A stretch of 64,000 nt of DNA from an uncultured delta proteobacterium (GTDB lineage: Bacteria > Desulfobacterota > Binatia > UBA9968), in assembly GCA_963847445.1 (NCBI GenBank), contig CAWJZV010000014.1, forward strand, positions 232,173 to 296,172. The letters run 5' to 3'. A program made the position numbers and the translations under genes. The notes under the pieces were generated by a model, which saw only the letters and a list, made by a program, of their open reading frames with translations, did no database searches and was not told the origin of the DNA. Numbering within the stretch: position 1 is the stretch's first letter; each line of letters begins with the position of its first letter. This document shows positions 36,959 to 47,724 of the stretch, piece by piece.

Positions 36959-39329
36959 TCATCCGGCGCAATTGGGATCAGGGCAACCACAGGGGGTTGC
37001 CCCTACGATCGGATGCATTTTGCGTACTGCGTTCTTTGCGGCTAACTTTCCGAATCCGAATGTCTTTCTATGCGACCTTGTGCCCTTTGTGGTCAAATCA
37101 TCCGAAGATTCTTTCAGCGCCCGCAGCACCTTCTCCGCCGTGATCGGCAGATCGTAAATCCGCACGCCCACCGCATCGTGAACCGCATTGGCGATGGCCG
37201 CCGCCGCCACCAGCACCGGCGGCTCGCCGATGCTCATGCCGCCATAGGGGCCGTTGCCGACGGGAAATTCTTGGATGACCGTTTTCAGCGGCGGGATGTC
37301 GCGGATGGAGGGAATCTTATTCTCGCCGAAGTTGGTGGTGATTACTTTGCCTTGCTCAATGACCAGCTGCTCCATCAGCGCATAACCGATCGCGGTTACG
37401 ACGCCGCCGTCGATCTGCCCTTGGTGCATCAACGGATTGATGATCGTGCCGGTGCTATGCGCGGTGGTAAAGTGTTTCACTGCCACCTGGCCGGTCTCAC
37501 GGTCGACCTCGACTTCGGCAACTTGCACGACCAGAGCGGCTTCGGGACCGTTAGCGAAATTTTTGTACGCACCTTCGCAGCGAATCGAACCGCCGAGCCG
37601 TTCGACGATGGCGCTGTAAGAGACCGGTTTGCCGCTGTGGTGCGAATCGATCCGCTGCCAGTGAAGGAAAGCGCATCGACCGGCACCCCGAGGATCTCGC
37701 TCGCGCCCTGCAACAGTTTCTCTTTGACTTGAAGCGCCGCGACCTGCGTCGCATTGCCGAATATCCGCGTCGCCCTGCTGGCGCCGACACCGGTATCCGC
37801 GGCGGCGCCGCTGGTGTCGAGAATTTGACAACGAACTTGCTCTACCGGCACTTGCAGCTCATTGGCGGCGATCTGCCGCATCGCCGTGTAGGTGCCCGCG
37901 CCCTGGTCGACCATGGCGGTCGACACGGTGATGACGCCACGCCCATCCACGGTCACGAACGCATGCCCTTCACCGCCCAGCGGCAGCCATTGCGCCAGCG
38001 CCAAGCCGCGGCCGACATATTTTCGTTTTGGCTTACCGTAACCCGACGCCGCCAGCGCCTGCGCCAAAGTCTCCTCGCTCTTGATATGCGGCAGCGCGTG
38101 GCCGATGGGCGAAACATCGCCGTCATGCATGAGATTTTTCCGTCGAAATGCGATCGGGTCCATGCCCAGCCGCCGCGCCACCAGGTCCATTTGCGATTCG
38201 TTGGCGAAAAAGCCCTGCGGCTCACCCGGCGCGCGCATATGGCCGCAGGGGATTTTATTGGTGTAAACGATTTTCTCGTTGATGTGAACGTTGGGGATCT
38301 TGTACGGCCCGGCCGCTTCTTTGGGTCCGACTAAATATCCTTGCGGTTTGAACGCGCCGTAGGCGCCGCTGTCGTAGACATAATCCATGCGGTGCGCGAT
38401 CAGCCGGCCGTCTTTGTTCACGCCGGTCTTCACATCGATCACCGCGGCGTGGCGCGGATTGCCGGCGATAAATTCTTCCGCATAATCCATCACCATCTTC
38501 ACCGGCCGGCCGCTCTTGAGCGATAGCAAATAGCACACCGGCACGTCCATGAAGTCGCCCTTGCCGCCGAAGCAGCCGCCGATGTAACTGGGGTGCATGA
38601 GAAAATCACCCACCGGCCGGCGCAACGCCGTCGCGACTTGCTCGCGCAGGGCAAATGGCACTTTGGAACAAGCCCAGACATCGGCGCCGCCCGCGCGATG
38701 CGCTTGCACGACGCAAGAATGGGGCTCGATGTAAGCCTGATGCATCGGTTGGGTGGTGAAAGTGTTTTCGATGATCAAGTCAGCGTCGCGGAACCCCGCT
38801 TCGACATCGCCCTTGGTCCAAGTCAAATCGACGAAGACATTGCTCGGGGTTTTGATTTCGTGCAGCAAGCCGCGGTAGCTTTGCACGTTGGGATGCAGCA
38901 CCGTCGCGCCCGGCTGCACCGCTTGCCAGCGGATCGAGGAGCGCGTTCTAGCTCTTCATAGTCAACATCGATCAATTCGGTCGCCGCCTCGGCGATCTCC
39001 TCAGTCTCCGCCGCGACCACTGCGACTTTCTCGCCGATGAAGCGCACGACCTCGTCGGGAAGAACCGGCATGTCGTAGATTTTGCGCCCGATGAGTTGGC
39101 CTTTGACATCGGCGCCGGTCACCACGCCATGAACACCCGGCAGCGCCAGCGCTTTGCTGACATCGATTTTTTTGATTCGCCCGTAAGCGATTGGGCTGCG
39201 CAGCGCTTTCGCCCAGAGCATGTTGGGGAGGACTACGTCCGTGGCATAAATCGCCGCACCGGAAACTTTCTCGCGGCCTTCGGATCTTGGCGTCGCCACT
39301 CCAATGATCTTGCGCGGGTTCACTGCCAC
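36959..39329 (-). CDS. Xanthine dehydrogenase/CoxL-family molybdopterin-binding subunit (frameshifts near 38930 and 37650; C-terminus reads into repeat)
   Basis: EKVSGAAIYATD, HQAYIEPH, IGGCFGGKG, MRAPGEPQ, GQIDGGVV, IGEPP, AIANAVHDAVGVRIYDLPIT. Confidence 0.9.
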
Positions 39330-39335
39330 GACAAA

Positions 39336-39935
39336 CTAACCCCTTCCCTTGAATATCGCCTTGCCTTCGGTGCGCTCCAGGTAGCGGACAAACTGATACT
39401 TATTTTCCAGCAGATCGACGTTGGTTCTCTCGATCGTGCGATGACCTTGGCTCTCTGCCACCTTGGCGACGACAAATCTGAGCCCAACTTCGCCGATCGC
39501 TCCGGCTGCCTTACTCTTGAACGCAACGACATCGCGCACGGTGACAGCGTGTGCGATTCCCGCGCTGCGCGCCATTCCCGCCAAGTCGGTCTTGCCCGCC
39601 GTCGCCGTGGGTTCGCTGATCTTGGTGCCGCTGTAAGCCTGGTTGTCGAAGACGAAGACGGCAAGATTCGCCGGATTCAGGTTCGCCACCGTCGGCAAGT
39701 TGAACAACGACAGCAGCAAGCTGCCGTCGGACTCGAGCACGATGACTTTTCGTTTCGGCAGCGCCAGCGCCAGCCCCAAACCGACGGCGAGCGCATTGCC
39801 CATCGAGCCGAGCAGCAAATTTCCCTCATGCTTGGACAAATGTCCCCATTCAACGCGCTGTCCGCTCAGAGATGTGACCACGAGTTGATCGGTGATCAAC
39901 GGAGCCAACTGTTCGAGACATTCGTAACGCTGCAT
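39336..39935 (-). CDS. TPP-dependent decarboxylase beta subunit (ComE-like), copy 2
   Basis: GSMG, ESDGSLLL...FDNQAY; close paralog of 35824-36427. Confidence 0.85.
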   Translation of the reverse strand: MQRYECLEQLAPLITDQLVVTSLSGQRVEWGHLSKHEGNLLLGSMGNALAVGLGLALALPKRKVIVLESDGSLLLSLFNLPTVANLNPANLAVFVFDNQAYSGTKISEPTATAGKTDLAGMARSAGIAHAVTVRDVVAFKSKAAGAIGEVGLRFVVAKVAESQGHRTIERTNVDLLENKYQFVRYLERTEGKAIFKGRG

Positions 39936-39941
39936 GGTTAG

Positions 39942-40919
39942 CTAATCTTTGGGCGTCTCGCCCATTTCTCTGAGGATTTCCCGGACAATGCTGAGATCGA
40001 ACACCTCGTCCAACGACACTTCGCGTTTAAGATCGATGTTGAGCTTGGTGCTGTGAATGACTTTCTCCAAGGCATCCCGCGGCACTAGCAAGTTACGGCT
40101 GAAATTTGCCGACGACGATAGATATCCCTGTTCCGCCACCGCCAGGGATGTCCGTCCCCAACGCTGGAGTATATCGACGGCGCCCTTTTTGTCGTCGAGA
40201 ATGAACCGGTTCGCTTTGAGCAGGGCGCGCAGCACGCGCTTCACTTCGCCGCGATGATTCTTCAACTTCTGCTCGTGCAGGCCGACACCATTGACGGGGA
40301 ACAGGAGAATATCGCGAGTCCGCACCAAACTTTTGAAACCGCGCGACTCGGCGATCGCGTCCGACGGCGGCGCCACCACCGCGGCGTCGACCAGTCCAGA
40401 CTCCAACTGGGCCAGCCTTCCGGAACCGCCGCCTGCGGCGATGAACTGGACGTCTTTGCTGGGATTGAGCTTGAAATGTTCCACCGTCAGGCGCGCCAAG
40501 ATATCCGTCGCCGAACCAAAGGAACTCACCGCGATCTTTTTCCCTTTGAGATCGGCAAACCGGGTGATTTTCGGATTGACGACGACGACATGATTGGGCC
40601 GCTCGATCAAAATCCCCGCGACTTTGATCGGCAATCCGCGCAGGTTTCCCGTAACCACCGATTGCAGGATCAGATTGTAATCGACGTTGCCGCCGGCCAG
40701 CGCTGCAATCGATACGTTGGCCGTGATCTGCACCAGCTCCGCATCCAAACCTTCCTCTTTGAAAAAGCCCTTGAACTTGGCCACGCCGCCGCTGAGAAAC
40801 GACATGTCGGGATTGGAAACGGCAATATTGATCTTCTGCGCCTGCGCCGAAGGGAGAAGCATCGAAAGGGAAATCATCGCAGCGGCGATCAGGCATCGCA
40901 TCTTGTCCAGTTTCACCAT
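39942..40919 (-). CDS. NMT1/THI5/SsuA-like ABC substrate-binding protein
   Basis: Signal peptide; GFFKEEGLDAELV, DLKGKKIAVSSFGS. Confidence 0.88.
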   Translation of the reverse strand: MVKLDKMRCLIAAAMISLSMLLPSAQAQKINIAVSNPDMSFLSGGVAKFKGFFKEEGLDAELVQITANVSIAALAGGNVDYNLILQSVVTGNLRGLPIKVAGILIERPNHVVVVNPKITRFADLKGKKIAVSSFGSATDILARLTVEHFKLNPSKDVQFIAAGGGSGRLAQLESGLVDAAVVAPPSDAIAESRGFKSLVRTRDILLFPVNGVGLHEQKLKNHRGEVKRVLRALLKANRFILDDKKGAVDILQRWGRTSLAVAEQGYLSSSANFSRNLLVPRDALEKVIHSTKLNIDLKREVSLDEVFDLSIVREILREMGETPKD

Positions 40920-40961
40920 TTCATCTTGCCCCTAAACTCCTTACCCTTCACCTTTTACCTC

Positions 40962-41082
40962 AATCAACCGGGCATTTCGCGATCGGGGTATGAACCCCGC
41001 TCGCGACCAAAGGGGATGTTCAACCCCCTTTGGAAACCCCAGCAATTTTGTCCCCGCAGCAAGCTGCGGGGAATATTAGATT
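40962..41082. repeat. ~120-bp multi-hairpin dispersed element, copy 2
   Basis: Near-identical to 27920-28045; abuts the stop codon of the ComD-like gene. Confidence 0.9.
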
Positions 41083-41587
41083 AAATCGTAAACTCACCGG
41101 TAAACAGCAGTGCCACCGGCTGCTTCAGTCCATGCATCAGCCGCACCGCGTTCTTGATATGAGTTTCAATGCCCGTGGCTTCCTTGACGATTTCGTACTG
41201 GATACCCAACGCCTCGAGTTGCGGCACCATATGCGTGCCGTAATGCGAGTAAAGAAACGTGCCGCGTCGGTCGTCCATGCCGCCGATATAACTGATCAGC
41301 AACAGCATCGGCACGCCGTAACGCTCACCGAGAGTGAGCAAATTGTACGACGACACGAACAGGCCGGTGCCTTCCATGTACAGCGCCGGCTGCTTGCCGC
41401 CGAGGGAAGCGCCCGCGGCGATGCCGACGGCTTCCGCTTCGCTGGCCACCGGCACGAGCATGAACGAATTGTCCGCTTTCAAGACCGGCAGGATTTCGCT
41501 CAACCGCGTCTCAGGCAGATACGCGACGAAATCGATGCCGGCTTGCTTGAGTCCGGCGACAACTTTGTTGGCAGCTTCAGGCGTCAA
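41081..41587 (-). CDS. TPP-dependent decarboxylase alpha subunit (ComD-like), copy 2
   Basis: YLPETRL, ASEAEAVGIAAGASLGG, YMEGTG. Confidence 0.83.
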   Translation of the reverse strand: MTPEAANKVVAGLKQAGIDFVAYLPETRLSEILPVLKADNSFMLVPVASEAEAVGIAAGASLGGKQPALYMEGTGLFVSSYNLLTLGERYGVPMLLLISYIGGMDDRRGTFLYSHYGTHMVPQLEALGIQYEIVKEATGIETHIKNAVRLMHGLKQPVALLFTGEFTI

Positions 41588-41599
41588 ATTCGCCTCGCT

Positions 41600-42499
41600 T
41601 CACTGACCAAGAATGCCATTATCGCGCAGCTCGCGCTCCAGTTTGGCGATCTCATCCTTGGGCATCTGCTCGGTTTCCCATTTGGGGAAACGCTTCACCG
41701 CGAAACCGCGCATGCGATAGACCTCTTGCAGCGGCACCCGACCCCATTTGCGCAAGCGCGCGGCGACGATGCGCGCCGCGGTATCGACTTTCTGCTGCGC
41801 TGCGACAGCGCCGGCGTAGTCCTGGCTATCGAGTTTCTTGAATAAGTCGACGCAGATTTCCGGCGCGAAACTGGTCGGTGGGTTGATCATGCCGGCGACG
41901 CCAAACGGAACCAGGCCGAACAAATCGGCATTGCCGGTGAAGACCGCAACGTCCGGCATCAAGCGCACGTATTCGAGCAGCGCGCCTTGGCCGTAGGCGA
42001 CTTTGATGCCCTGCAATGCCGGCACCTGCTCTTTCATGCGCACGGCGAAGCCCGGCGGGATCGAGATGCCGGAGTATTTCGGATTCTCGTAAATATAGAT
42101 CGGCAGCGGCATCGCTTTATGCACCGCTTTGTAATGCGCCATGATTTCGAACTCGGTGTGATCGGAATAATAATACGGCGGCACGATCGCCACCGCATCG
42201 GCGCCATGCGCCGCGGCATGCTCGGCCAGCTCCACCGCGCTGCCGGCGTCGGCGGTGCCGACATGAATCACCACCGGCACGCGCGGCAAGTGTTTTTTGG
42301 CCTGATCCAACGCGATCGCCGCGGTCTGCTTGCGCTCCTCCGTGGTCATCGCCGGCCCCTGACCCGTGGAACCGAGCACGAACAGACCCTGCACTCCGGC
42401 CTTGATATGAAAATCGACCAACTGGCGCATCATCTGCTCATCGATATGAACCTTGTCATCGAACGGCGTGATGATCGGCAATAAAACCCCACGAATCAT
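41600..42499 (-). CDS. DapA/NAL/KDG aldolase family protein
   Basis: ITPFDD, LGSTGQ, PPYYY, YENP, GIK Schiff-base Lys. Confidence 0.9.
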   Translation of the reverse strand: MIRGVLLPIITPFDDKVHIDEQMMRQLVDFHIKAGVQGLFVLGSTGQGPAMTTEERKQTAAIALDQAKKHLPRVPVVIHVGTADAGSAVELAEHAAAHGADAVAIVPPYYYSDHTEFEIMAHYKAVHKAMPLPIYIYENPKYSGISIPPGFAVRMKEQVPALQGIKVAYGQGALLEYVRLMPDVAVFTGNADLFGLVPFGVAGMINPPTSFAPEICVDLFKKLDSQDYAGAVAAQQKVDTAARIVAARLRKWGRVPLQEVYRMRGFAVKRFPKWETEQMPKDEIAKLERELRDNGILGQ

Positions 42500-42550
42500 G
42501 CTTTCCTCCTAGTGCAACGAGCAACTCTTTTTGAGTGTCCGGAGTCTCTT

Positions 42551-42652
42551 ACCCCCTCGCCCTCTGGGAGAGGGCTGGGGCGAGGGCAAAGGCGACCGCC
42601 GGTCGCCCCTAAAGGACGCCCTCATCCTAACCTTCTCCCTGAGGGCGAAGGA
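42551..42652. repeat. Composite REP element (CCCTCxCC...GGGxGAGGG family)
   Basis: cccctcgccctctgggagagggctggggcgaggg ... ccctcatcctaaccttctccctgagggcgaagg. Confidence 0.7.
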
Positions 42653-42724
42653 ACTGGAAATCACAACTAACCACTTCAATGGCTGTTGTAGCAATGCGAT
42701 TTTTTAATTTTGAATTTGAATTTT

Positions 42725-43962
42725 TTAATTGACCTTCTGGCGCACTCCTACCGCCGTATCCAAAGGGTGAATCGTTTCTTGCGCCCGATCCTGCGCCAGC
42801 ACGCCCTTCGGCAGTGCCACCTTTCATCGCCGTGGCAATCGCGTCCAACACAATCTTGCGAAACTTGATGACGCCGCGATCCGATCGTGCCGAGCTGCTC
42901 CTGACGCTCGCCCAAGCAGTCCCTGGGTGCCCTGGGTCATGATGTCTTCCTTGCGCACGTTGCCTTTGTACGGCATGTATTTGCGCTTGTCGTAGGGCTT
43001 TACTTCCTGGATCGGCGTTTCCTTGTCGCGCATCTCTTTCAATTTGTCGAAGAAATTCTCCACCGGCCCGGAGTAGTTGTCGGCGGTGAACAACATGAAG
43101 TGGTCGTCGTCGTTGGGCGTGACGAACATCCAGTGCTCGCAGCGCGAGCCTTCGTTGATCAACGCCGCGGCGTCCATCTTGGCATGGACGAATTCGGTGT
43201 CGCCCACCTGGACGATACTCGGCAGCGCCAGACTCATCTCGTCGACGAACTCGGTTCCCGGCCGCGGCCCCGGCTTGGTCATCACCACTTTCATGCCGTA
43301 GTCCATTTCGACGAACTCGACGTCGGGCATATCGGTATAACTGAAAAAATGATCGCCCCAGGACTGCTGGCCGTATCCGGCGTGGCGGTGCAAGCACGCA
43401 GACATGCGCCGGGTCGGCGGAGTTTTCAAAAAAATTGAACCAATTGTAATCGGCGCGGCGCACCGGCTCGACCTGGCGCTGGCCGCCGCGGTCGAGAAGC
43501 GGCGGTAGTTGCGGCAGCGGCGGCGGATTCGTCTCGCTCCGGTCCCATGTAGGCGAAGAGCAGCCCGCCCAGCTCGCGCACCGGATAGGCGAGATGCTTG
43601 ACCTTCTGCGCAGAACTTGCTGTCCTTGGGCTCCGCCGGCATCTCCAGGCACTGGCCGTGAACATCGAACAGCCAGCCATGATACGGACAGCGCAATCCG
43701 CCATCTTCGATGTCGCCATACTCCAGCGAGGTGCCGCGGTGCGGACAATGCTCTGGCCGACCAAACCGTTGGCCGTTGCTATCGCGAAACAAAACCAGAC
43801 TCCTCGCCGAGCACTTCGACCGCCTGGGGAATGTCGTACAGTTCTTGCATCGTGCCGACCACCAGCCAATAGCGGCGAAACCATTCACCGCCCGGCGTCC
43901 CGGGACCGACGTGGGGAATATCGGCAACTGTCATTTTCTGTGTCTTTCTTCGCTTGGTTCAC
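42725..43962 (-). CDS. Rieske aromatic oxygenase alpha subunit (multiple frameshifts)
   Basis: GPGTPGGEWFRRYW, CPHRGTSL...CPYHGW, ENSADPAH, EDIMTQGTQG. Confidence 0.8.
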
Positions 43963-43987
43963 GGTTAGACTTCCATAATTCTTGCTT

Positions 43988-44094
43988 GTTCAAGGTTCAA
44001 CGGTTCAAAAGTTCAACGGTGGAATCACGTCGCTCTTCCGATGTCAGGCTCCGAAACGGCTTGAACGATTTGAACGTTTTGAACGGCTTGAACA
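43988..44094. repeat. Inverted short-period repeat tract (gttcaa/ttgaac)
   Basis: gttcaaggttcaacggttcaaaagttcaacg ... ttgaacgatttgaacgttttgaacggcttgaac. Confidence 0.7.
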
Positions 44095-44106
44095 TACTTA
44101 GCGCGT

Positions 44107-45485
44107 TTATTTAAATCCATACTCCTTCCACTTCTGCAAAACCATTTCGCGCATGCCCTCCGTCGGCTCGGCGACTTCGCCGCGAAAGTTGTCTTTGCTC
44201 GTCAGGTCGAGCATCAGCTTCGACGTAAGCCCGTCGACTGTCGCCGACGGTTCGAGCGAGCTCGTGATGCCGCGCGGAATGACAAACATGTCCGTCGCCG
44301 GTTGGAATCGCGTCGTCAGCGCCCAGAGCACCTCGTTGGGATCTTCGATGTTGATATCTTCGTCGACGACGATGACATGCTTCCATTTGCCGCTTCGGGT
44401 GTAAAGCGAAGACGCCAGGATATTGTTCGACGATACCGCGCCGCATCAAGCGTTTTTCCAGTCTGCAAAATCAAAACGATCGACACGCCCCAGGGCGGCG
44501 CATAGGCTTTTTTTAAGGCCGGATAGGCCGGCTTCAATTCCTGGTAGGCCGCCACCGCATAGGTCAGAGCGTCGACATAGAGATGTTCATGCGGCGGCTT
44601 GCCGAGCCAGATGTTGTGATAGACCGGATTGCGCCGATGGGTGATCGCCTTGATCGTCATGATTCTTTCGTTCGGCACCTGCGCTGTCGTGTAGCCGCAA
44701 AACTCGCCGAACGGCCCCTCGTCGCCGGTTTTCGCCGGGATCGTCAGCTCGCCTTCGAGGATGATCTCCGCCAAGGCCGGAACTTCCAGATCGATGGTCC
44801 GGCATTTCACCACATCGACCGCTTCACCGGCCAGGCCGCCGGCGATTTCCAATTCAAAGACGCCCGCGCGCGGTTCGAACTGCGAGGCGACATAGACTGC
44901 CGGCGGCACGCCGATGCAAACAGCAACTTCGAATTTCTTCTGGCCGCGCTTTTCGGCGTTCCTGATGAAGTCGTGGCCGTCGTGACCGGGCGTGAAGCGA
45001 ATCGTCACTTCGTTCTTCGACACCAGCATCATCCGGTAGATCGCCAGATTGTTGCCATACTCGGGATCGCGGATGATCACATGGCCGGCGGTGATGTACG
45101 GACCGCCGTCGCGCGGATTGTTGGTGCAGAGCGGCAGTTTGCTCAGGTCGACATCGTTTCCTTCGTAAACCACTTCCTGGCATGGGCCGCTGGCGACCAA
45201 CCGGGTCGGAATCGGTTTGCTCGCCCGGCGCACGGTTTCGTCGAAGACGTTTTCCTGGGGAAAGCCCAGCGCGAGGGCGACCCGCCGGTCGCTGGCCAGC
45301 AGCTGGCCGACGACTGGAATCTTGTGGCCTTTGACGTTTTCGAACAGCAGCGCCGGACTGTTGGGCCGTTCATTGTGGATCTTGCAGATCGCGCCGAGCT
45401 CATGCTTGGCATCGACCTCGGCTTTGATCTTCTGCAGTTCGTGCTCTTCTTCTAAGACTTTGAGAAATTCCCGTAGATCCATCAT
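44107..45485 (-). CDS. UbiD-family prFMN-dependent decarboxylase (frameshifts near 44400-44460)
   Basis: PALLFENVKG, DGGPYITAG, EGPFGEFCGY, VDEDINIEDP...WALTTRFQP. Confidence 0.9.
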
Positions 45486-45550
45486 GCTAGCTTTTTAACT
45501 CCCGCTGCGAATTCCGTTACGTGTCAGACCTCATCGCTCGTGTCCTCGTT

Positions 45551-45620
45551 CGTCATGCCGTTGAAGAACGGTATCCAGGTGACGGACAGGTCCGTCATAC
45601 CCGGGAAGACGGGAATCCAG
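45551..45620. repeat. Tandem REP pair (GTCATxCCG...CGGxATCCA family)
   Basis: cgtcatgccgttgaagaacggtatccagg / cgtcatacccgggaagacgggaatccagg. Confidence 0.65.
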
Positions 45621-45643
45621 GTTCTGAATTACTTTTCGCACGA

Positions 45644-46528
45644 TCAATCCACCAGTGACAATTTCGCTTCGAAACCTAAGACATTTTTCGCTTTCGTTAC
45701 ACTATACCCACTGCAATTGCCGTCCAAGCCGGCGCGCAAATCGCGGACCTGCGGCAGATAGCGGCCGATCAGCTCACGGATGGGAATATCCACCAGGCTG
45801 TTCGGCGCGGCGATATTGAAAATCTGATGGCCGGACAGATCGGCTTCCAGCGCTACCCGGCAGGCGCGCGCGGCATCGCGCGCGTCGATGTAACTCCACA
45901 ACGCGCCGGTGCCGCGCGCCAGCGGGCTTTTCTTGCGCTCGAGCAGCATCGGCCGGTGCGCTTCGGTATAGATTCCCGAAAAGCGCAGGCTCGTCACCGC
46001 GATGCCGCTCTTTTGACTCAACGCTTCGCAGAGCTTCTCGCCTACCAGTTTGGTAAGACCATAGGGATCTTGCGGCCGCAGCGGATGGGTTTCATCGACT
46101 GGCAAGTAATCCGGCAGCAGTTCGGTCGACGGATAGTAAAATCCATAGACCGCCAGGCTCGAGCCGCAGACGATTTTCTTTACGCCGACGGCTGCGGCCG
46201 CCGTGAGAACGTTATTGGTAATCGCCAGGTTTTGATTGAAACGCTCGGCGTCGCCGGCGGGATCGGCAAAGTGCCATTTCTGCGTCGCGGCATCGAAACC
46301 AGTTTCGGTGTAGGGGAAGCGAATCCGCGCCAGATGAATCACCGCATCGGCTTTTTGGAAATGGTCGAGCAGCGAATTGAATTTGCTCAGATCGACGGTG
46401 TAAGTCGGCGCCGGGCACTCTCTCGGTTTGACGCTGTCGAGCGACGACACATGATGCGCGTGGGTGAACAACTCGCGAACGACATACTGCCCCAACCGCC
46501 CCGACCCGCCGGTGACCACTACGCGCAT
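45644..46528 (-). CDS. NAD-dependent epimerase/dehydratase
   Basis: VVVTGGSGRLG, YGLTK, YIDARDAA. Confidence 0.9.
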   Translation of the reverse strand: MRVVVTGGSGRLGQYVVRELFTHAHHVSSLDSVKPRECPAPTYTVDLSKFNSLLDHFQKADAVIHLARIRFPYTETGFDAATQKWHFADPAGDAERFNQNLAITNNVLTAAAAVGVKKIVCGSSLAVYGFYYPSTELLPDYLPVDETHPLRPQDPYGLTKLVGEKLCEALSQKSGIAVTSLRFSGIYTEAHRPMLLERKKSPLARGTGALWSYIDARDAARACRVALEADLSGHQIFNIAAPNSLVDIPIRELIGRYLPQVRDLRAGLDGNCSGYSVTKAKNVLGFEAKLSLVD

Positions 46529-46531
46529 ATG

Positions 46532-47720
46532 TCAGCGCCCTAACGTTTTGAACCAGCCCGACTTTGTCCAACTCTTGCAGCAGGCTGTTATCGATGAAGT
46601 CCGCCGCTTTCGCCTCGCGCGCTTCTTTGCCGGGCGTGCGCCGGAGGATCTCGTCGATGCTTTCCGGCCGCACATAGGGAATCCGGTCGCCGCTGTAGCG
46701 CACGCCGTAGGTTTGATGGAGCTGGGCCAGAGTTTCGCTGTCGGTCACCTTGGTGTACTTGGACAAGACCTTCATGCTGAATTCTTTGTCCGTGCGCAAC
46801 CGCTGCAATCCCTGGGCGAAGCCGCGCATGAAGCGCAGGCTGGTGTCGCGGTTGGCGCGCATGAAAGAACGCGTCGTCGACAGCGGCGTATTGGGGAAAA
46901 CAATTTTCAACTGACCGACATCCTGCAATTCATGCATGCCCGCATTGGCGGCGCGAAAATTACTCGGCGGGGAAAGCACCACCGCTTCAAATGCGCCTGT
47001 GGTGAGTGCCGCCAATCCTTCCGGCATGCCGCCGGTTTGTATGACCGTAAGCTGGCCGCGATCTATACCCCACTGTTTGAGCGCCGCATCCAATGCCCAG
47101 TCGGTCGAACCGCCGAGGCGAGTCACGCCGACTTTCTTGCCGCGCAATTGCGCCGGCTGTTTGATCTCGGGACGGGACATGATCGAGAACACCAGACTAT
47201 TGCCGGTGTTGCCGATCAACACCAGGTCCGAACCGCGCAGCGTTGCGTTGATCACCGGCACCGACGGTCCGTAGGCAAACGGCACGTCGCCGCTGAGCAT
47301 CGATTGAATCAGTAGCGTGCCGCCGCCGATATAGAGCAGCTCGGTATCCAAGCCCTCGCGCTTGAAATAGCCGCCCTCCTGCGCCACCCACAGACTCGAC
47401 ATCGCGCCGCTGATGGCGCTGTAGGCGATGCGCAGCGGCGCCGCCATAACCAGGCCGGTCCAGGCGAGCGTAACGACAAATACCAGCATGATTATCAGGG
47501 CGGCAAAGCGGCAACCGACACTCGGATTATCTCCCGCAAAGGCGCCAAGACCGCAAAGGTCGGAGAATGACGATGAAAATCGTTCGGTATTATTTGTATT
47601 TTTATCTTTCGAACTCAGCGTCTTTGCGCCTTTGCGGGAGAGATCCGAATCCAAGCAATTCCAATACCCCAAATGCTTGCACAAGTCGCGGAAATCTTGA
47701 GCTTCGCAATGTATTACCAT
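46532..47720 (-). CDS. NMT1/THI5-like substrate-binding protein (start 47720 or 47489; 3' frameshift near 46560)
   Basis: LRIAYSAISG...GYFKREGLDTEL, LRGKKVGVTRLGG, FIDNSLLQEL; stop TGA at 46532 after WFKTLGR. Confidence 0.82.
47521..47650. repeat. 9-bp-periodic inverted repeat element
   Basis: tctcccgcaaaggcgccaagaccgcaaaggtcgga ... ctcagcgtctttgcgcctttgcgggaga; half-copy at 61760-61803. Confidence 0.75.
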
Positions 47721-47724
47721 GATG

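Noticed and set aside
46212-46531. C-terminal extension of the binding protein overlapping the epimerase gene
   Set aside because: Frameshift near 46560; the natural end is WFKTLGR-stop at 46532
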